Below are positions 10,552 through 22,252 of a stretch of DNA of 64,000 nucleotides, one piece after another. The stretch's first letter is position 1; each line of letters opens with the position of its first letter. The notes beneath the pieces were generated by a model. The model did not search any database and was not told the DNA's origin. It worked only from the letters and a program-made list of their open reading frames with translations. The translations under genes were made by a program, and so were the position numbers. The stretch is from assembly GCA_963718295.1 (NCBI GenBank), contig CAVQYV010000008.1, positions 79,098 through 143,097 on the forward strand. Direction: 5' to 3'. This stretch comes from an uncultured Methylomirabilota bacterium (lineage in GTDB: Bacteria > Methylomirabilota > Methylomirabilia > CAVQYV01).

Positions 10552-11047
10552 ATTTTCTGGGAAAGGCAAGCTGCCGAGAAGCGGGGGGATTTTGCTCCGC
10601 GGCAATGGAAGAAAGCAGAAGGGAGTAAAGGGTGACGGCACCCAGGGCAGTGCTGTCAGCGCGAATGGAGATGGGGCTTGAAGAGTTCGAAGAAGCGGTG
10701 GGCGAGACGGGAATTGAGGGCTCAATTTGAGCTTCTTTTCATCTCGGTCCAGCAGCACCCCTCGGTAATGAGAGAAAACCTCCCATCCTCCCAAGGGGAG
10801 GAAGTATGCCAGGGCCAGCGCCACAATGATGATACAACGAAGGAACTTCATGAGCGACCTCCAGAACGAAGATATACTTGATCGCAAGCAATCTCCATGC
10901 CAGGTTGGCCGAAGCGACCTGATTCGTTGCTGACGTGTCATGAGAAGAGATTGAAGGGCCTTAGGGTTCCCCCAACGGCTGGCATCCAGGCAGAAATGAT
11001 CCCGATTTGAGGCAAGCGTCCCACACCTTTTCAAAGGAGGGCAGTCC

Positions 11048-11830
11048 ATGTTCACCTATGGCGTCAACATCTCCATGGTCTTTGCCGAGCACCCCTTCCC
11101 TGATCGAATCCAAAAGGTGGCAGAAGCCGGCTTCTCCGCCTTCGAATTCTGGTTTCCTTCCCTCTATGACATGAAGGCAGTCCAGGAGAAAAAGGAGCAA
11201 TTTGGCCTGGACGTAGCCCTGTTCAATCTCAATACCCCCCCCAACATGAAGGGCCTATTGTCGAATCCCAGGGAGGTCCAGCAGTTTCGGGACAGCCTGG
11301 ATGAGGCCGTCGGTCTAGCCCATGAGCTGGGCTGCAAGAGGATCAATACCCTGGCGGGAAATGCGCTGGAGGGGGTATCCCGAGAGGAGCAAAGGAAATG
11401 CGCCCTGGATAATCTGCGCTATGCGGCCAAGAGGCTGCAAGGTGAGGGAATCACCCTGATGTTCGAAGCCCTGAATCTCTTCGATAGCCCTGGCTACTTC
11501 CTTTCCAATTCGCGGGAGGCCTTTCAATGGGTAGAGGAGGTGGGGAGCCCCCTGGTGAAGTTCCAATATGACCTCTACCACATGCAGCTCATGGAGGGCA
11601 ATCTGCTCAACACCATCCGGGCCCACTTGGACAAGATCGGCCATATTCAGATCGCGGACGTACCTGGACGCCACGAGCCCGGCACCGGGGAGATCCATTA
11701 TCCCTTCGTCTTGAAGGCTCTGGAGGATATGGGCTATTCCGGTTATGTGAATCTGGAATATATCCCTTCCGGAAAATCGGAAGACTCCTTCCATTGGCTC
11801 CCCCGGTCTGCCCGAGGCCGGCGGGGTTGA
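11048..11830 (+). CDS. hydroxypyruvate isomerase family / xylose-isomerase-like TIM barrel protein
   Basis: 260 aa; N-terminus MFTYGVNISMVFAEHPFPDRIQKVAEAGFSAFEFW and overall layout typical of Hyi-like sugar-phosphate isomerases. Confidence 0.7.
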   Translation: MFTYGVNISMVFAEHPFPDRIQKVAEAGFSAFEFWFPSLYDMKAVQEKKEQFGLDVALFNLNTPPNMKGLLSNPREVQQFRDSLDEAVGLAHELGCKRINTLAGNALEGVSREEQRKCALDNLRYAAKRLQGEGITLMFEALNLFDSPGYFLSNSREAFQWVEEVGSPLVKFQYDLYHMQLMEGNLLNTIRAHLDKIGHIQIADVPGRHEPGTGEIHYPFVLKALEDMGYSGYVNLEYIPSGKSEDSFHWLPRSARGRRG

Positions 11831-11942
11831 GGTGAGCCGAAGGATCGCTCGGTTGCCGACTCCGACTACCCGTCCCTTAAGTGGGCGCCACGGCCCGCTC
11901 CGGAACAGCCGACCCCTTACCTTGGGAGATTAGGCAGGTCCC

Positions 11943-12671
11943 ATGTACGACGAGCGGACTTACCGCAGAGTTGCCCACGCCCCAGATCTGGTTTCTTTCG
12001 AGGTCGAGGTGAAGGAGACCAACCTCTGGGTGCAGGCGGAGTGCGACCTGTCGCTGCCATGCAGGGAGATCGTTGCCCGGCTCAGGGATGAGATCGAGAG
12101 TTACATCTCTTATCACCCGCAGTTTGCCACCTCCCTGTTGCCGGTGCGCCCCTTTGCCTTTTCTGCCCCGGTGATCCAGTTGATGGCCAGTGCATCCGAT
12201 TTGGCCAATGTAGGCCCCATGGCGGCGGTGGCCGGGGCCATCGCAGAGTTGTTGGGCGAGGAATTATCCCCCCGATCGCCGGAACTGATTGTGGAAAACG
12301 GAGGAGATATCTTTCTCCGGTCCGAGAGGTCGAGAATCGTAGCGGTTTACGCGGGAGGGTCTCCCTTCAGCCAGCGCCTGGGATTGAAGGTGAAGTCCCG
12401 GGGAGAGCCGATGGGGATCTGCACCTCTGCCGGCACGGTGGGCCATTCCTTGAGCCTGGGTGCGGCAGATGCGGCCGTCATCCTGGCGAATTCGTCCGCT
12501 CTGGCGGATGCGGTGGCCACCCGGGTCGGCAACAGGATTCAACAAAGGGGGGATATCCCAGCTGCCCTGGATCTGGCCCAATCCATCCCCGGGGTGAAAG
12601 GGGCCCTGGTGATCCTTGGAGAAGACTTGGGGGCGTGGGGGGATTTGGAGATGGTGGATCTGGCCGGTTGA
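11943..12671 (+). CDS. UPF0280 / ApbE-like family protein
   Basis: 242 aa ORF directly upstream of the PaaK-like genes; resemblance to UPF0280 is from memory, not searched. Confidence 0.45.
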   Translation: MYDERTYRRVAHAPDLVSFEVEVKETNLWVQAECDLSLPCREIVARLRDEIESYISYHPQFATSLLPVRPFAFSAPVIQLMASASDLANVGPMAAVAGAIAELLGEELSPRSPELIVENGGDIFLRSERSRIVAVYAGGSPFSQRLGLKVKSRGEPMGICTSAGTVGHSLSLGAADAAVILANSSALADAVATRVGNRIQQRGDIPAALDLAQSIPGVKGALVILGEDLGAWGDLEMVDLAG

Positions 12672-12799
12672 GGAGGAACGATCCTCGACCCAAGGATGCA
12701 TCCTGGCAAGCGTCCCTCGCCTCAAAAACTCCTTGATATTTGGACGCACTCTGCTATTTTGAGCTTTACTGCCTGCTGCCACGGAGAAAGGAGATCGGT

Positions 12800-14098
12800 A
12801 TGGTCTGGGATCCCAAATTCGAGTGCATGCCCATCGCGGAATTGAGGGATCTACAATTGGAGAGGTTGAAGGACACCTGTGAAAGGGTCTATGATCGAGT
12901 CCCCTTCTATTATCATGCCTTTCGCAAGGCGGCTTTCAAGCCGAAGGATTTCAGGTCCCTGGAAGATCTATCCCGGCTTCCCCTCACCACCAAAGACGAT
13001 CTCCGAGACAATTATCCCTTCGGGCTGTTCGCTGTTCCCTTCTCCGACATAGAGGAAATCCATACCTCCTCTGGCACGACGGGAAAACCGATCGTGGGCG
13101 GATATACCCATCGCGATATCGAGCTCTGGTCGGAGGTCATGGCCCGTTCTCTGACCTGCTCCGGCACCACCAAAGACGATGTGGTACAGAATGCCTATGG
13201 GTATGGCCTCTTCACAGGGGGCCTGGGGGTCCATTATGGAGCGAGGCGAATCGGGGCCTCCGTCATTCCCATCTCCGGCGGCAATACCAAGCGTCAGATC
13301 ATGATCATGCAGGATTTCGGGAGCACCATTCTCACCTGCACCCCCTCCTATACCCTCTATCTGGCCGAGGTAGCTGCGGAGATGGGGACCGACTTCTCCC
13401 AGATGAAGCTCAAGTCCGGCAATTTCGGGGCGGAGCCCTGGAGCGAGAATATGCGCACCGAAATTGAGAAAAAGCTCAATCTGCTCGCCCTGGATATTTA
13501 TGGCCTCACCGAGATCATTGGCCCAGGGGTGGCCAACGAATGCCAGGCGAAGCATGGCCTCCATATTTTTGAAGACCACTTCTATCCCGAGATCATCGAT
13601 CCTTCTACTGGCAAAAACCTCGCCGCCGGAGAGGCGGGAGAACTGGTGATCACCACCTTGACCAAACAGGCAATGCCCCTCATCCGCTATCGGACCCGAG
13701 ATATCACCTCCCTCATCCCCGGGACTTGCTCTTGTGGTCGAACGATGGTGCGGATGAAGAGGATCATGGGCCGGACCGATGATATGCTCATCATCCGGGG
13801 CGTCAATGTATTCCCCTCCCAGATCGAAGCCATCTTGATGCGGATCGAGGAAACGGAGCCCCATTACCAGATCGTGGTGGATCGGAAGGGGGCGCTGGAT
13901 GAGCTGGAGGTCCAGGTGGAGGTGAACGAGGGGATCTTTTCCGATGAGATCAAGCGGCTGGAGGATATCGAAAGGAAGATCGAAAGGGAGATAGAGAGCA
14001 CGCTGGGCATCTCAGTAAAGGTGCGGCTGGCAGAGCCGAGATCCATCCAGCGAAGCGAGGGCAAGGCGAAGCGGGTAATCGACAAGAGGAGTCTTTAG
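12800..14098 (+). CDS. phenylacetate-CoA ligase family (PaaK-like aryl-CoA ligase), paralog 1
   Basis: AMP-binding motif SSGTTGKP; N-terminus [24 protein letters not shown] typical of PaaK; ATG at 12800. Confidence 0.85.
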   Translation: MVWDPKFECMPIAELRDLQLERLKDTCERVYDRVPFYYHAFRKAAFKPKDFRSLEDLSRLPLTTKDDLRDNYPFGLFAVPFSDIEEIHTSSGTTGKPIVGGYTHRDIELWSEVMARSLTCSGTTKDDVVQNAYGYGLFTGGLGVHYGARRIGASVIPISGGNTKRQIMIMQDFGSTILTCTPSYTLYLAEVAAEMGTDFSQMKLKSGNFGAEPWSENMRTEIEKKLNLLALDIYGLTEIIGPGVANECQAKHGLHIFEDHFYPEIIDPSTGKNLAAGEAGELVITTLTKQAMPLIRYRTRDITSLIPGTCSCGRTMVRMKRIMGRTDDMLIIRGVNVFPSQIEAILMRIEETEPHYQIVVDRKGALDELEVQVEVNEGIFSDEIKRLEDIERKIEREIESTLGISVKVRLAEPRSIQRSEGKAKRVIDKRSL

Positions 14099-14199
14099 GC
14101 CGATCCATCCCCTGAGATCCATTTCTATTGGGCAAAGGTCGCAGGGATCTTTCCGCCGATTCGCCCGTTGATCTCTTCCGCAGAAGGGAGGGCTGATAA

Positions 14200-14631
14200 A
14201 TGAAAGTAAAACAGGTATCCATCTTTTTGGAGAACAAGGCAGGCCGCCTGGCCGAGGTGACGAATACCTTGGGGAAGGCCGGAATCAATATCCGGGCCCT
14301 TTCCCTGGCGGATACGTCCGATTTCGGTATCCTGCGCCTCATTGTCAACGACTACGAAAAGGCGGCCCGGGTGCTCAAGGAAAACGGCTTTACCGTAGGG
14401 GAAACCGAGGTCCTGGCCGTGGAGGTGCCGGATCGGCCCGGGGGACTGGGTGGGATCCTGAGCATCATCCATGAGGCGGGGATGAATGTGGAATACATGT
14501 ATGCCTTTGTGGAGAGAAGCTCGGACAACGCGGTCCTCATATTCCGCCTCGATAACATCGATGAGGCGATCCGCGCGCTCTCGAGCAAGGGCGTGAAGGT
14601 ATTGAAGGGGGAGACGGTTTATTCCCTGTAA
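14200..14631 (+). CDS. ACT domain protein
   Basis: 143 aa, two ACT-like halves ([31 protein letters not shown]...); common PaaK partner. Confidence 0.75.
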   Translation: MKVKQVSIFLENKAGRLAEVTNTLGKAGINIRALSLADTSDFGILRLIVNDYEKAARVLKENGFTVGETEVLAVEVPDRPGGLGGILSIIHEAGMNVEYMYAFVERSSDNAVLIFRLDNIDEAIRALSSKGVKVLKGETVYSL

Positions 14632-14850
14632 TGCCGCGTAATGCCGCAATGGCTGGCCAGCCTCGGGGCCAAAGGCATTTCATGGATGGAGGGGATCTCG
14701 CGGGTTAGCGGAAGGGATGAAGTTGCTCCCATTTTTCACCAGGCGTTCCATTGGCCACCGGAGGCTCTACCCCCGTAAAGCGGGGGATTTCTGTTTTTCT
14801 GAGGAGGAGACGGTCGATGAGGATTCGGCTAGGGGCCGGGAGGTGAGGCA

Positions 14851-16152
14851 TTGAAGGTTTGGGAACCGGAGTTCGAGTGCATGAGAGGGGAAACTCTCGC
14901 CCAGTTGCAGCTGGGTAGGCTCCAGGCAACTGCTCATCGCGTCTGGGAGCACGTTCCCTTCTATCGGCAGGCTTTTGGAGAGGTGGGGTTGTCCCCCCGG
15001 GATCTCCGATCGTTAGAGGATCTGAAGGAGTTGCCTTTTACCACCAAGGCAGATTTGCGGGAAAGCTATCCTTACGGGATGTTCGCCGTGCCCTTGAAAG
15101 ATGTGGTGCGGATCCATTCCTCCTCGGGCACCACTGGAAAGCCCACCGTTGTGGGCTATACCCGTAACGACATCCTGAACTGGAGCAACCTGGTGGCCCG
15201 TTTTCTCACGGCAGGCGGGGTCACTGCCGAAGACGTCGTCCAGATCTCCTTCGGCTATGGGCTCTTTACCGGGGGCTTCGGGCTCCATTATGGGGCGGAG
15301 CGCATCGGGGCCTCCGTCATTCCCGTGTCGGCCGGCAACACCCACCGACAGATCATGATCATGCAGGATTTTCGCACCACCGCCCTGGTTTGCACCCCTA
15401 CCTATGCCCTATATCTGTCCGAGGTGATGGCCGAGATGAAGGTGGATCCCCGCTCGATCTCCCTGCGCGTGGGCCTCTTTGGATCGGAACCCTGGTCGGA
15501 GAACATGCGCCGGCAGATCGAGGAGAGGCTCGGTATATGGGCTACCGACAATTATGGCCTGAGTGAGATCATTGGTCCGGGGGTAGCGGGGGAGTGCGAG
15601 GTCAAAGATGGCCTGCACCTCTTCGAGGATCATTTCCTGCCTGAGATCATCGATCCCAAAACTGGGGAGACGCTCCCCCCTGGGCATCAGGGGGAGTTAG
15701 TCCTCACCACCTTGACCAAGGAAGCCTTTCCCATGATCCGCTACCGTACCGGAGACATCACCAGCCTGAATCCCGCCCCCTGTCCCTGCGGCCGCACCCT
15801 GGCCCGGATGAAAAGGGTTTCGGGCCGGACCGATGACATGCTCATCATCCGGGGAGTCAATGTCTATCCCTCCCAAATCGAGCAGGTGCTGCTGGAGATC
15901 GAAGGAACGGTCCCCCATTACCAGATTCTGGTGGAGCGAAAAGGGGCCCTGGACGAGATGGAGGTCCTGGTCGAGGTCTCAGAGAGGATATTCTTCGATG
16001 AGATGAAGAAACAACGTGAGTTGGTGGATCTGATCCAGGAGAGGCTTCGCAGCAGCCTATCGATCTCTGCCAAGGTGAAGCTGGTGGAGCCCAAGACCCT
16101 GGCTCGCTTCGAGGGGAAGGCCCAGAGGGTGGTGGATAAGAGAGAGATATGA
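14851..16152 (+). CDS. phenylacetate-CoA ligase family (PaaK-like aryl-CoA ligase), paralog 2
   Basis: TTG start with RBS gggaggtgagg; SSGTTGKP motif; collinear with paralog 1. Confidence 0.85.
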   Translation: MKVWEPEFECMRGETLAQLQLGRLQATAHRVWEHVPFYRQAFGEVGLSPRDLRSLEDLKELPFTTKADLRESYPYGMFAVPLKDVVRIHSSSGTTGKPTVVGYTRNDILNWSNLVARFLTAGGVTAEDVVQISFGYGLFTGGFGLHYGAERIGASVIPVSAGNTHRQIMIMQDFRTTALVCTPTYALYLSEVMAEMKVDPRSISLRVGLFGSEPWSENMRRQIEERLGIWATDNYGLSEIIGPGVAGECEVKDGLHLFEDHFLPEIIDPKTGETLPPGHQGELVLTTLTKEAFPMIRYRTGDITSLNPAPCPCGRTLARMKRVSGRTDDMLIIRGVNVYPSQIEQVLLEIEGTVPHYQILVERKGALDEMEVLVEVSERIFFDEMKKQRELVDLIQERLRSSLSISAKVKLVEPKTLARFEGKAQRVVDKREI

Positions 16153-18464
16153 TCAAAGGGCAGGGTGTATCAGATGCTAAGGGGGGTCTGCCCTCTTCCT
16201 CCATGAAGCGAATGCCGCTTTTCTTCATCATGGCAGGGCATATCGTGGTCGATCTCTCCCAGAATATCCTGCCGGTCTTATTGCCGATTCAAAAGGCGGC
16301 CTTTGGCCTCAGCTACTCCCAGGCCGGGTTGGTGGCCACCATGCTGAATCTCACCTCCTCCATGATCCAGCCCGTCTTTGGCTTCATTTCCGACCGCTGG
16401 AAGACCGACTGGTTCATCAGCCTGGGAATCCTTTGGACTGCCCTTTTTATGGGAATGACCGGCCTCGCTCCCAGCTATCCCCTCCTCCTGCTCAGCGTCA
16501 CCTTGGCTGGATTCGGAACGGCCGCCTTTCATCCCCGGGCCACCATGGGAGTCAATTACATCAGCGGCGAGAGGCGGGGATTGGCCATGGCGATCTACAC
16601 CCTGGGAGGAAACCTGGGATTCGCCTTCGGCCCCATTTTCGCGGCCTTCTTCATCCTCCGTTGGGGCATTCAGAGTACTGCCTGGTTGATTGCCTTCTCG
16701 GTGCCGATCGCGATCATCCTCTATGGGTTGCGAAAGAATCTCGCCTCCCCGCCTTCTGCCGTCGCCAAGAAACCTGGCAAGATCGCCTGGTCAGGACTTC
16801 CCTGGAAGGAACTTCTGGCCCTTTCCCTGATCGTCACCCTTCGGTCCTGGACCTATCAGGGCTTCATCATCTATTTGCCCCTCTTTCTCCAAAGTAAGGG
16901 GATCAGCCTCACCGTGGGGAGCCGTCTGCTTTTTGTCTTTCTTCTGTCGGGGGCGATCGCGGGGCTCTTAGGAGGACACCTCTCCGACCATTGGGGGCGC
17001 AAGAAGGTGATCGCGGGGAGCCTTCTCCTCTTCTCCCCTCTGATGCTCCTGGCCCTCCGGCTCACAGGTCCCTGGGTCACCTTGTTTCTGGCATTGGCAG
17101 GGACCATGCTTCTGGCCGGGTTCTCCGTGATCATCGTCTATGCCCAGGAGCTGATGCCGGGGAATCTGGGACTGGCCTCGGGCCTCATGTTGGGACTGGC
17201 CTTTGGAACGGGAGGCATCGGGGTCTTCATTTCCGGCATGATGGCGGATGCATTCGGCCTGGAGAGGAGCATCCTGTTGCTGGCCTTCATGCCTGCTTTG
17301 GCCGGCCTGCTGGCCTTGACCTTGAAAGATCGCCATCTGATCGGGATCGAGAGGATCGGCTACGCAACGCCCTTAAATCTCACCTACAGAAAGGAAGGAC
17401 CAATGGAAGAAAAGACGAATGTGGTGTTGGTGAAAGCAGAGCCGCTGGGCAGATTCTGTATCCAGCTCTTCGAAAAGGTGGGGGTACCCTCCGAGGATGC
17501 CAGGGTGCTCATGGACAATCTGATCGAGGCCGACCTTCGCGGCGTGGACACCCATGGGGTCACCCGAATCGCAGTCTATATCGAGCGGCTCCAGTCGGGG
17601 GCGGTGAAGGCGAGGCCGCAGGTGAAGGTCCTCCAGGAGACCCCGGTCTCTGCGATCCTGGACGGGGATCACGGCCTGGGGCAGATCATGTCGGCCAGGG
17701 CCATGCAGATGGCCATCCAGAAAGCAAAGGCGGGAGTCATCGGGTTGGTAGGGGTGCGGAATTCCACTCACAATGGGGCCATGGCCCACTTCGCCTCGAT
17801 GGCGGTGAAGGAAGACCTGATCGGGATCGGCCTCACCAATACCGTTCCCTTGATGGCGCCCACCGGGGGAAATCAGGCCATGATCGGGAATAACCCATTG
17901 GCCATCGCCGCCCCGGCTGGATCGGAGAAGCCTGTAATCTTCGACATGGCCTGCAGCATTGCCGCACGGGGCAAGATCATCCTGGCGGCAAAGAAGGGCG
18001 ATAAGATCCCTCTCGGGTGGGCGATCGACAAGGAAGGCTTGCCGACGGAGGATGCCAAAGCCGCCTTGGAAGGGCTAATCCTTCCGGTAGGCGGGCACAA
18101 GGGCTACGGACTTGCCCTGATGGTGGATATCCTCTCGGGTGTCCTCACCGGCGCCAACTTTGGTCCAGGGGTGGGTCCGCTCTACAACAACCCCGGCACC
18201 CAGGATATCGGCCATCTCCTGGCAGCCATCAACATCGGGGCCTTCATTCCCATCGCTGATTTCAAGGGGCGGATGGACAAGATGATCCGGGATATCAAGA
18301 ATTCCAAGAAGGCAAAAGGAACCGCAGAGATCTTCTTGCCCGGCGAGATCGAGATGGGGATCGAGGAGAAGCGGCGCAAGGAGGGGATTCCCTTGAGTCG
18401 TGCGGTTTATGACGAGGTGCGCGGCGTGGGTGAGAAATTGGGGGTGAAGGCCGACTTCGCGTAA
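16149..18464 (+). CDS. single ORF joining an MFS transporter (N-terminal about 415 aa) to an Ldh_2 family dehydrogenase (C-terminal about 355 aa)
   Basis: ATG overlaps the PaaK stop (ATATGA); 12-TM-like MFS region, then in the same frame with no stop MEEKTNVVL...DTHGVTR...[20 protein letters not shown] (Ldh_2 signatures); aaggaagga RBS 6 nt before the internal ATG at 17404. Confidence 0.6.
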   Translation: MIKGQGVSDAKGGLPSSSMKRMPLFFIMAGHIVVDLSQNILPVLLPIQKAAFGLSYSQAGLVATMLNLTSSMIQPVFGFISDRWKTDWFISLGILWTALFMGMTGLAPSYPLLLLSVTLAGFGTAAFHPRATMGVNYISGERRGLAMAIYTLGGNLGFAFGPIFAAFFILRWGIQSTAWLIAFSVPIAIILYGLRKNLASPPSAVAKKPGKIAWSGLPWKELLALSLIVTLRSWTYQGFIIYLPLFLQSKGISLTVGSRLLFVFLLSGAIAGLLGGHLSDHWGRKKVIAGSLLLFSPLMLLALRLTGPWVTLFLALAGTMLLAGFSVIIVYAQELMPGNLGLASGLMLGLAFGTGGIGVFISGMMADAFGLERSILLLAFMPALAGLLALTLKDRHLIGIERIGYATPLNLTYRKEGPMEEKTNVVLVKAEPLGRFCIQLFEKVGVPSEDARVLMDNLIEADLRGVDTHGVTRIAVYIERLQSGAVKARPQVKVLQETPVSAILDGDHGLGQIMSARAMQMAIQKAKAGVIGLVGVRNSTHNGAMAHFASMAVKEDLIGIGLTNTVPLMAPTGGNQAMIGNNPLAIAAPAGSEKPVIFDMACSIAARGKIILAAKKGDKIPLGWAIDKEGLPTEDAKAALEGLILPVGGHKGYGLALMVDILSGVLTGANFGPGVGPLYNNPGTQDIGHLLAAINIGAFIPIADFKGRMDKMIRDIKNSKKAKGTAEIFLPGEIEMGIEEKRRKEGIPLSRAVYDEVRGVGEKLGVKADFA

Positions 18465-18489
18465 TGTGGTCGAGGGACATTGGATAAAC

Positions 18490-18523
18490 AAAAAGCCGGC
18501 GGTTTTCCGCCGGCTTTTTGTTT
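18490..18523. terminator. bidirectional Rho-independent terminator
   Basis: caaaaa-GCCGGCGG-ttttcc-GCCGGC-tttttgttt between convergent Ldh_2 ORF and cold-shock gene; A-tract and T-tract on either side. Confidence 0.6.
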
Positions 18524-18539
18524 AGGGTCTTGGCAGTGA

Positions 18540-18740
18540 CTACGCCTTTGTTACGTTGTCCGCTTTGGGGCCCTTGGGGCTCTGAACCACGTCAAAGTTT
18601 ACTGCATCACCCTCGGCCAGGGATTTGAAACCATCGCCGCGGATTGCAGAAAAGTGCACGAAAACGTCATTGCCGTCTTCCTGCTCAATGAACCCAAAGC
18701 CCTTGGCGTCATTGAACCACTTCACAGTACCTTGTGCCAT
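18540..18740 (-). CDS. cold-shock protein (CspA family)
   Basis: [33 protein letters not shown] with RNP1/RNP2 motifs; 66 aa from ATG at 18740. Confidence 0.9.
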   Translation of the reverse strand: MAQGTVKWFNDAKGFGFIEQEDGNDVFVHFSAIRGDGFKSLAEGDAVNFDVVQSPKGPKADNVTKA

Positions 18741-19165
18741 CTGCTTTTTCTTCCTTTCTTTTTCCGGTAACATGCTCCGGGGATGACGGGAGCTACCCGC
18801 CGAAGCTATCAGGGCTTTTGGGAACAAAAAAACCGCCAAGCCTCAGGAGTCTTTAGCGGTTTTCACTGCTACGACAAAAAACGCCTGCAACTTCGTGCGT
18901 ACCTTAACAAGCCCAATCTCATCTGTCAACAAAAAAATTGTGTCGATCTTCGATTTGGATGGTCAAGTCCGGCCAGGCCTTGTCTTTCGCCACTTCCTGG
19001 ACTCAAGGGAGAAGGGCTTGGGGAACGTGGCACACCCTGGAGCCAAGGAACTGGGCCAGCCTCTGGCCCGCATCGGTTCGGTCTTGAAAGACGAATCTCT
19101 TGTTCCTGAGTCTTCTATCTTCGAAGAGGTTTTTCATCACCGCTTAATGAATCCTATCGGATTCG

Positions 19166-20302
19166 CTAAGCCGCAGCCGCCAGGGCCGCCTCTATTTCCC
19201 CCCTGGCAAACTCGGACGTCTCCCGGCTCAGACTCGCCTCCAGGATCTGTTTCGCCCGGCTCCCTCCGATCCTTCCCAAAGCCCATGCCGCATAGCCGCG
19301 GACCAGATCTTCCGGGTCTTCCATCGCCTGAGCGAGGGGGGGGATGAAGGTGGGATCGCCCGTGTTCCCCAGGGCAATGGCGGCGTTTCTCTGAAAGTAT
19401 TTCTTTTCCTGAAGATAGTTGTACATGATCGGTTGGACCCGTTTGGCATAGAACTCATCCGAGAGGTTCAGGATCCTGGGGAGATCGAGGTCCTTTGCCA
19501 CATGAGACAAGAACTCATTGGGAGGCAACTCGGCATTCAGCCTGCCCTTGTTTCTGGGACAGACCTCTTGACAGATGTCGCAGCCATGGATGCAGGTACC
19601 CATTTTCTCTCGCATCTCGGGGGAGATGTAGCTGGTAAGTCCTCCCGGTGCCCCGTCCCGAGTCCAGAAGTTATTGAAGGCAATGCAGCGGCGAGGGTCC
19701 ATCTTGAGCGGCTCATAAATGGCTCCGGTTGGACAGGCTTCGATGCAAGATGAACAATGGGTGGGACAGCCGAGCTCTATAGTTGGCTCATCATAGTCCA
19801 GCTTTACATCCACCACCAAAGAGTAGAGGATGATGAATGATCCAATGCCCTCGGCGTAGGCGAAGGTATTCCTTCCGTAAGTGACGACTCCGGCCCGGGC
19901 CCCCGTCAGCCTCTCCGGGACGCAGATTCCCTGACCTATTTGGCATCCATTCCTCTCCAGGAACTCCCGCATCAATCGGTGCCGAGCGCCGTGAATTCGA
20001 TGTTCCGGAGCATTGTAGGATCTCGTAAGGTAGAGGCGGCCGATTTTGCCCACCAGGTTCTCCGGGAAGGACTCCTTCGAGTAATCGTACACTAAAGATA
20101 CGATGGATTTGGCCGAGGGCATGAGGCTCCTCGGGTGGGCGCCCGCGAGGGGTTTCCGGGGCCCTTCGATGAAAAAGGCATACGATTCCCGCCTGGACTC
20201 GAGTTCCTCGATGTAATCGGGGAATCCGTCAGCAGTGGTGAAGCCCACTTTGCTATAGCCCAGGTCGAGGGCGAAGTCCTTTATGTCTTGCGTGAGCGAC
20301 AT
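19166..20302 (-). CDS. queG: epoxyqueuosine reductase QueG-like
   Basis: Two Cys-rich 4Fe-4S motifs (CPTHCSSCIEACP, CIHGCDICQEVCP) followed by a HEAT-like C-terminus (LVRGYAAWALGRIG). Confidence 0.65.
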   Translation of the reverse strand: MSLTQDIKDFALDLGYSKVGFTTADGFPDYIEELESRRESYAFFIEGPRKPLAGAHPRSLMPSAKSIVSLVYDYSKESFPENLVGKIGRLYLTRSYNAPEHRIHGARHRLMREFLERNGCQIGQGICVPERLTGARAGVVTYGRNTFAYAEGIGSFIILYSLVVDVKLDYDEPTIELGCPTHCSSCIEACPTGAIYEPLKMDPRRCIAFNNFWTRDGAPGGLTSYISPEMREKMGTCIHGCDICQEVCPRNKGRLNAELPPNEFLSHVAKDLDLPRILNLSDEFYAKRVQPIMYNYLQEKKYFQRNAAIALGNTGDPTFIPPLAQAMEDPEDLVRGYAAWALGRIGGSRAKQILEASLSRETSEFARGEIEAALAAAA

Positions 20303-20356
20303 TTTCCCTTTGTCTCCTTCTTCTGTCTCCCCGTTCCTATCAAAAGGCCATGGGCC

Positions 20357-21508
20357 TCATTTCGCCGGAAATTTTTCTGCCAGATACCGTTCCAGCCTCT
20401 TCATGCCCTCCTCGATGTTCTCGATGGAATTGGCATAAGAGAATCGCAGATAGCCCTCTGCGTTGGAGCCGAAGTCGATCCCGGGGGTGCAGCCGACGCG
20501 GGCCTTTTGCAGGATATCGAAGGCAAATTCAAAGGAATCTGCGCAGAAGCGCTTCGCATTGGCGAGGACATAGAAGGCCCCGGTGGGCTCCACGGTGATC
20601 CCGAATCCCAACTCTCGCAGCTTGGGGATGATGAACTTGCGGCGGCTGGCATAGATGTCCTTCATGCGGGCCACATCCGGTCCCGCTTCCCTGAGGGCGG
20701 CGATTCCGGCCCATTGGACGAAGGCATTGGCGGAGATGAAGAAATTCTGCGTCATCTTTTGCAGGGGCCGGACGAACTCCGGCGGGATGATCAGGTAGCC
20801 GAGGCGCCATCCGGTCATGGCGTAGAGCTTGGAGAAGCCGTTGATCACTATGGCGTTGTGGGTGAATTCCAGGATGGAGTGCTCCTTTCCCTCGTAGACC
20901 AGGCCGTGGTAGATCTCATCGGAGATTACCGTTTTTCCCAATTCTGCAATGGCCTGCATCTTCTCCGGGGGCGTTAGATTTCCAGTGGGATTGGCCGGAG
21001 AGTTGAGAAAAATGGCCTGGGTGCGAGGGCCAATCAGGGCTTTGATCTCCTCCGGACGGTATTGAAAGCCCTCCTCTTCGTAGACATTCAGGAAGGTCGG
21101 CTTTCCCTCCGCCATGAGCACGAAATTGGGATAACAGGCATAGTAGGGATTCGGCAGGATTACTTCGTCCCCGGGCTCCAGCAGGCTCAGAAAGAGGAGA
21201 AGCATCCCGGGCGAGGTCCCCGAGGTGACCAGGATCTGGTCTGGGCTTACCTCCACCCCGTATTGATTGTGATAGTGCTCCGCAATGGCCTCTCGAAGCT
21301 CCAGGACGCCCAGGCTATGGGTGTAATGGGTCTTTCCGTCTCGGATGGCGCGGATCGCCGCCTCCTTGACGCATTCCGGCGTGTCGAAATCCGGCTCGCC
21401 CACCTCCAGGTGCACGATATCCTCTCCTTTGCGCTCCATGGACGCCGCCTTCTCCATCACCTCCATCACAATGAAAGGGGAAATCTCGCCAGACCTCTTG
21501 CTAACCAT
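20357..21508 (-). CDS. pyridoxal-phosphate-dependent aminotransferase, class I
   Basis: GEPDFDTP, PLP-lysine motif NGFSKLYAMTGWRLGY; RBS gggagg before ATG at 21508. Confidence 0.8.
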   Translation of the reverse strand: MVSKRSGEISPFIVMEVMEKAASMERKGEDIVHLEVGEPDFDTPECVKEAAIRAIRDGKTHYTHSLGVLELREAIAEHYHNQYGVEVSPDQILVTSGTSPGMLLLFLSLLEPGDEVILPNPYYACYPNFVLMAEGKPTFLNVYEEEGFQYRPEEIKALIGPRTQAIFLNSPANPTGNLTPPEKMQAIAELGKTVISDEIYHGLVYEGKEHSILEFTHNAIVINGFSKLYAMTGWRLGYLIIPPEFVRPLQKMTQNFFISANAFVQWAGIAALREAGPDVARMKDIYASRRKFIIPKLRELGFGITVEPTGAFYVLANAKRFCADSFEFAFDILQKARVGCTPGIDFGSNAEGYLRFSYANSIENIEEGMKRLERYLAEKFPAK

Positions 21509-22252
21509 GTTTGCCTCCCACCGATTCATTTCACGAGGGTCCCACATGCATGGGCCGTAGCGCTCTTGTACTCAATTCGACGGGGAAAGTCAAGGACCCA
21601 AGCCACTGACGGCTATTGGGCTTGGAGCCCCCGAGCCTGGCCGGCCAAGAGGACACTGATCTTCGCGCGCGGCATGTTCTCTCTCGATCCCATGAGACAG
21701 AGAGGTAACAAAGAGGGCAGTAGACTACCCAGAATGCGGTAGCGCTTCCCCCTTGTATACCTTTATGGCCGAGGGCATGCCGAGAGATCTGCTGAAAGCC
21801 CCGTGGCCCGACTCATCGGTCTTAGCCGCGAGACGATACATGCAATGGCTTGGTTTTTGCAAAAATTGTCCTCCGTAAGCGAGGAAGAAAACCCCATCCC
21901 CAATAGTCCTTCAACAGAGCCATTCACCATGAGAGACATACCATTCAAATTACGCCGAAAGAGCAACCCTGAGGCCATCAAAAGGCGATCCAAGCATTTT
22001 TCTGGGGGCCGCGAAGACGGAAGAGAACTGGACTGGCATAAGAAATCCAAGAGGATGGACAGTTCGCTGCGCGAGGACGATTCCGATTTCGAGAGCCCCT
22101 GGCAATCTCCATTCCCGGCTTGGTGAGCCAGATACTGCTTTGTCCCTGTAGGTGCGGTTTCAGAGTTGAAGGATGGTGTGGATTTCCACTCCAGAGACCA
22201 CATGCTGTGCAGCGCCGCGATAGGAGTATGGTTCAAGGAAGGGAGTGGAGCA

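Noticed and set aside
10519-11055. Minus-strand 178-codon ORF
   Set aside because: Only a short hydrophobic stretch looks protein-like; the rest is Pro/Leu-rich low complexity, with no RBS-supported start
16433-18491. Multiple overlapping ORFs in other frames across the MFS/Ldh_2 gene (for example 16991..17893, 18075..18491)
   Set aside because: Alternative-frame artefacts of GC-rich coding sequence; Gly/Arg/Pro-rich translations
21548-22252. Possible tRNA or small gene at the island boundary (including ORF 21803..22126)
   Set aside because: No cloverleaf-like T-loop or acceptor motifs seen by eye; the ORF has no recognisable features; needs tRNAscan/Infernal
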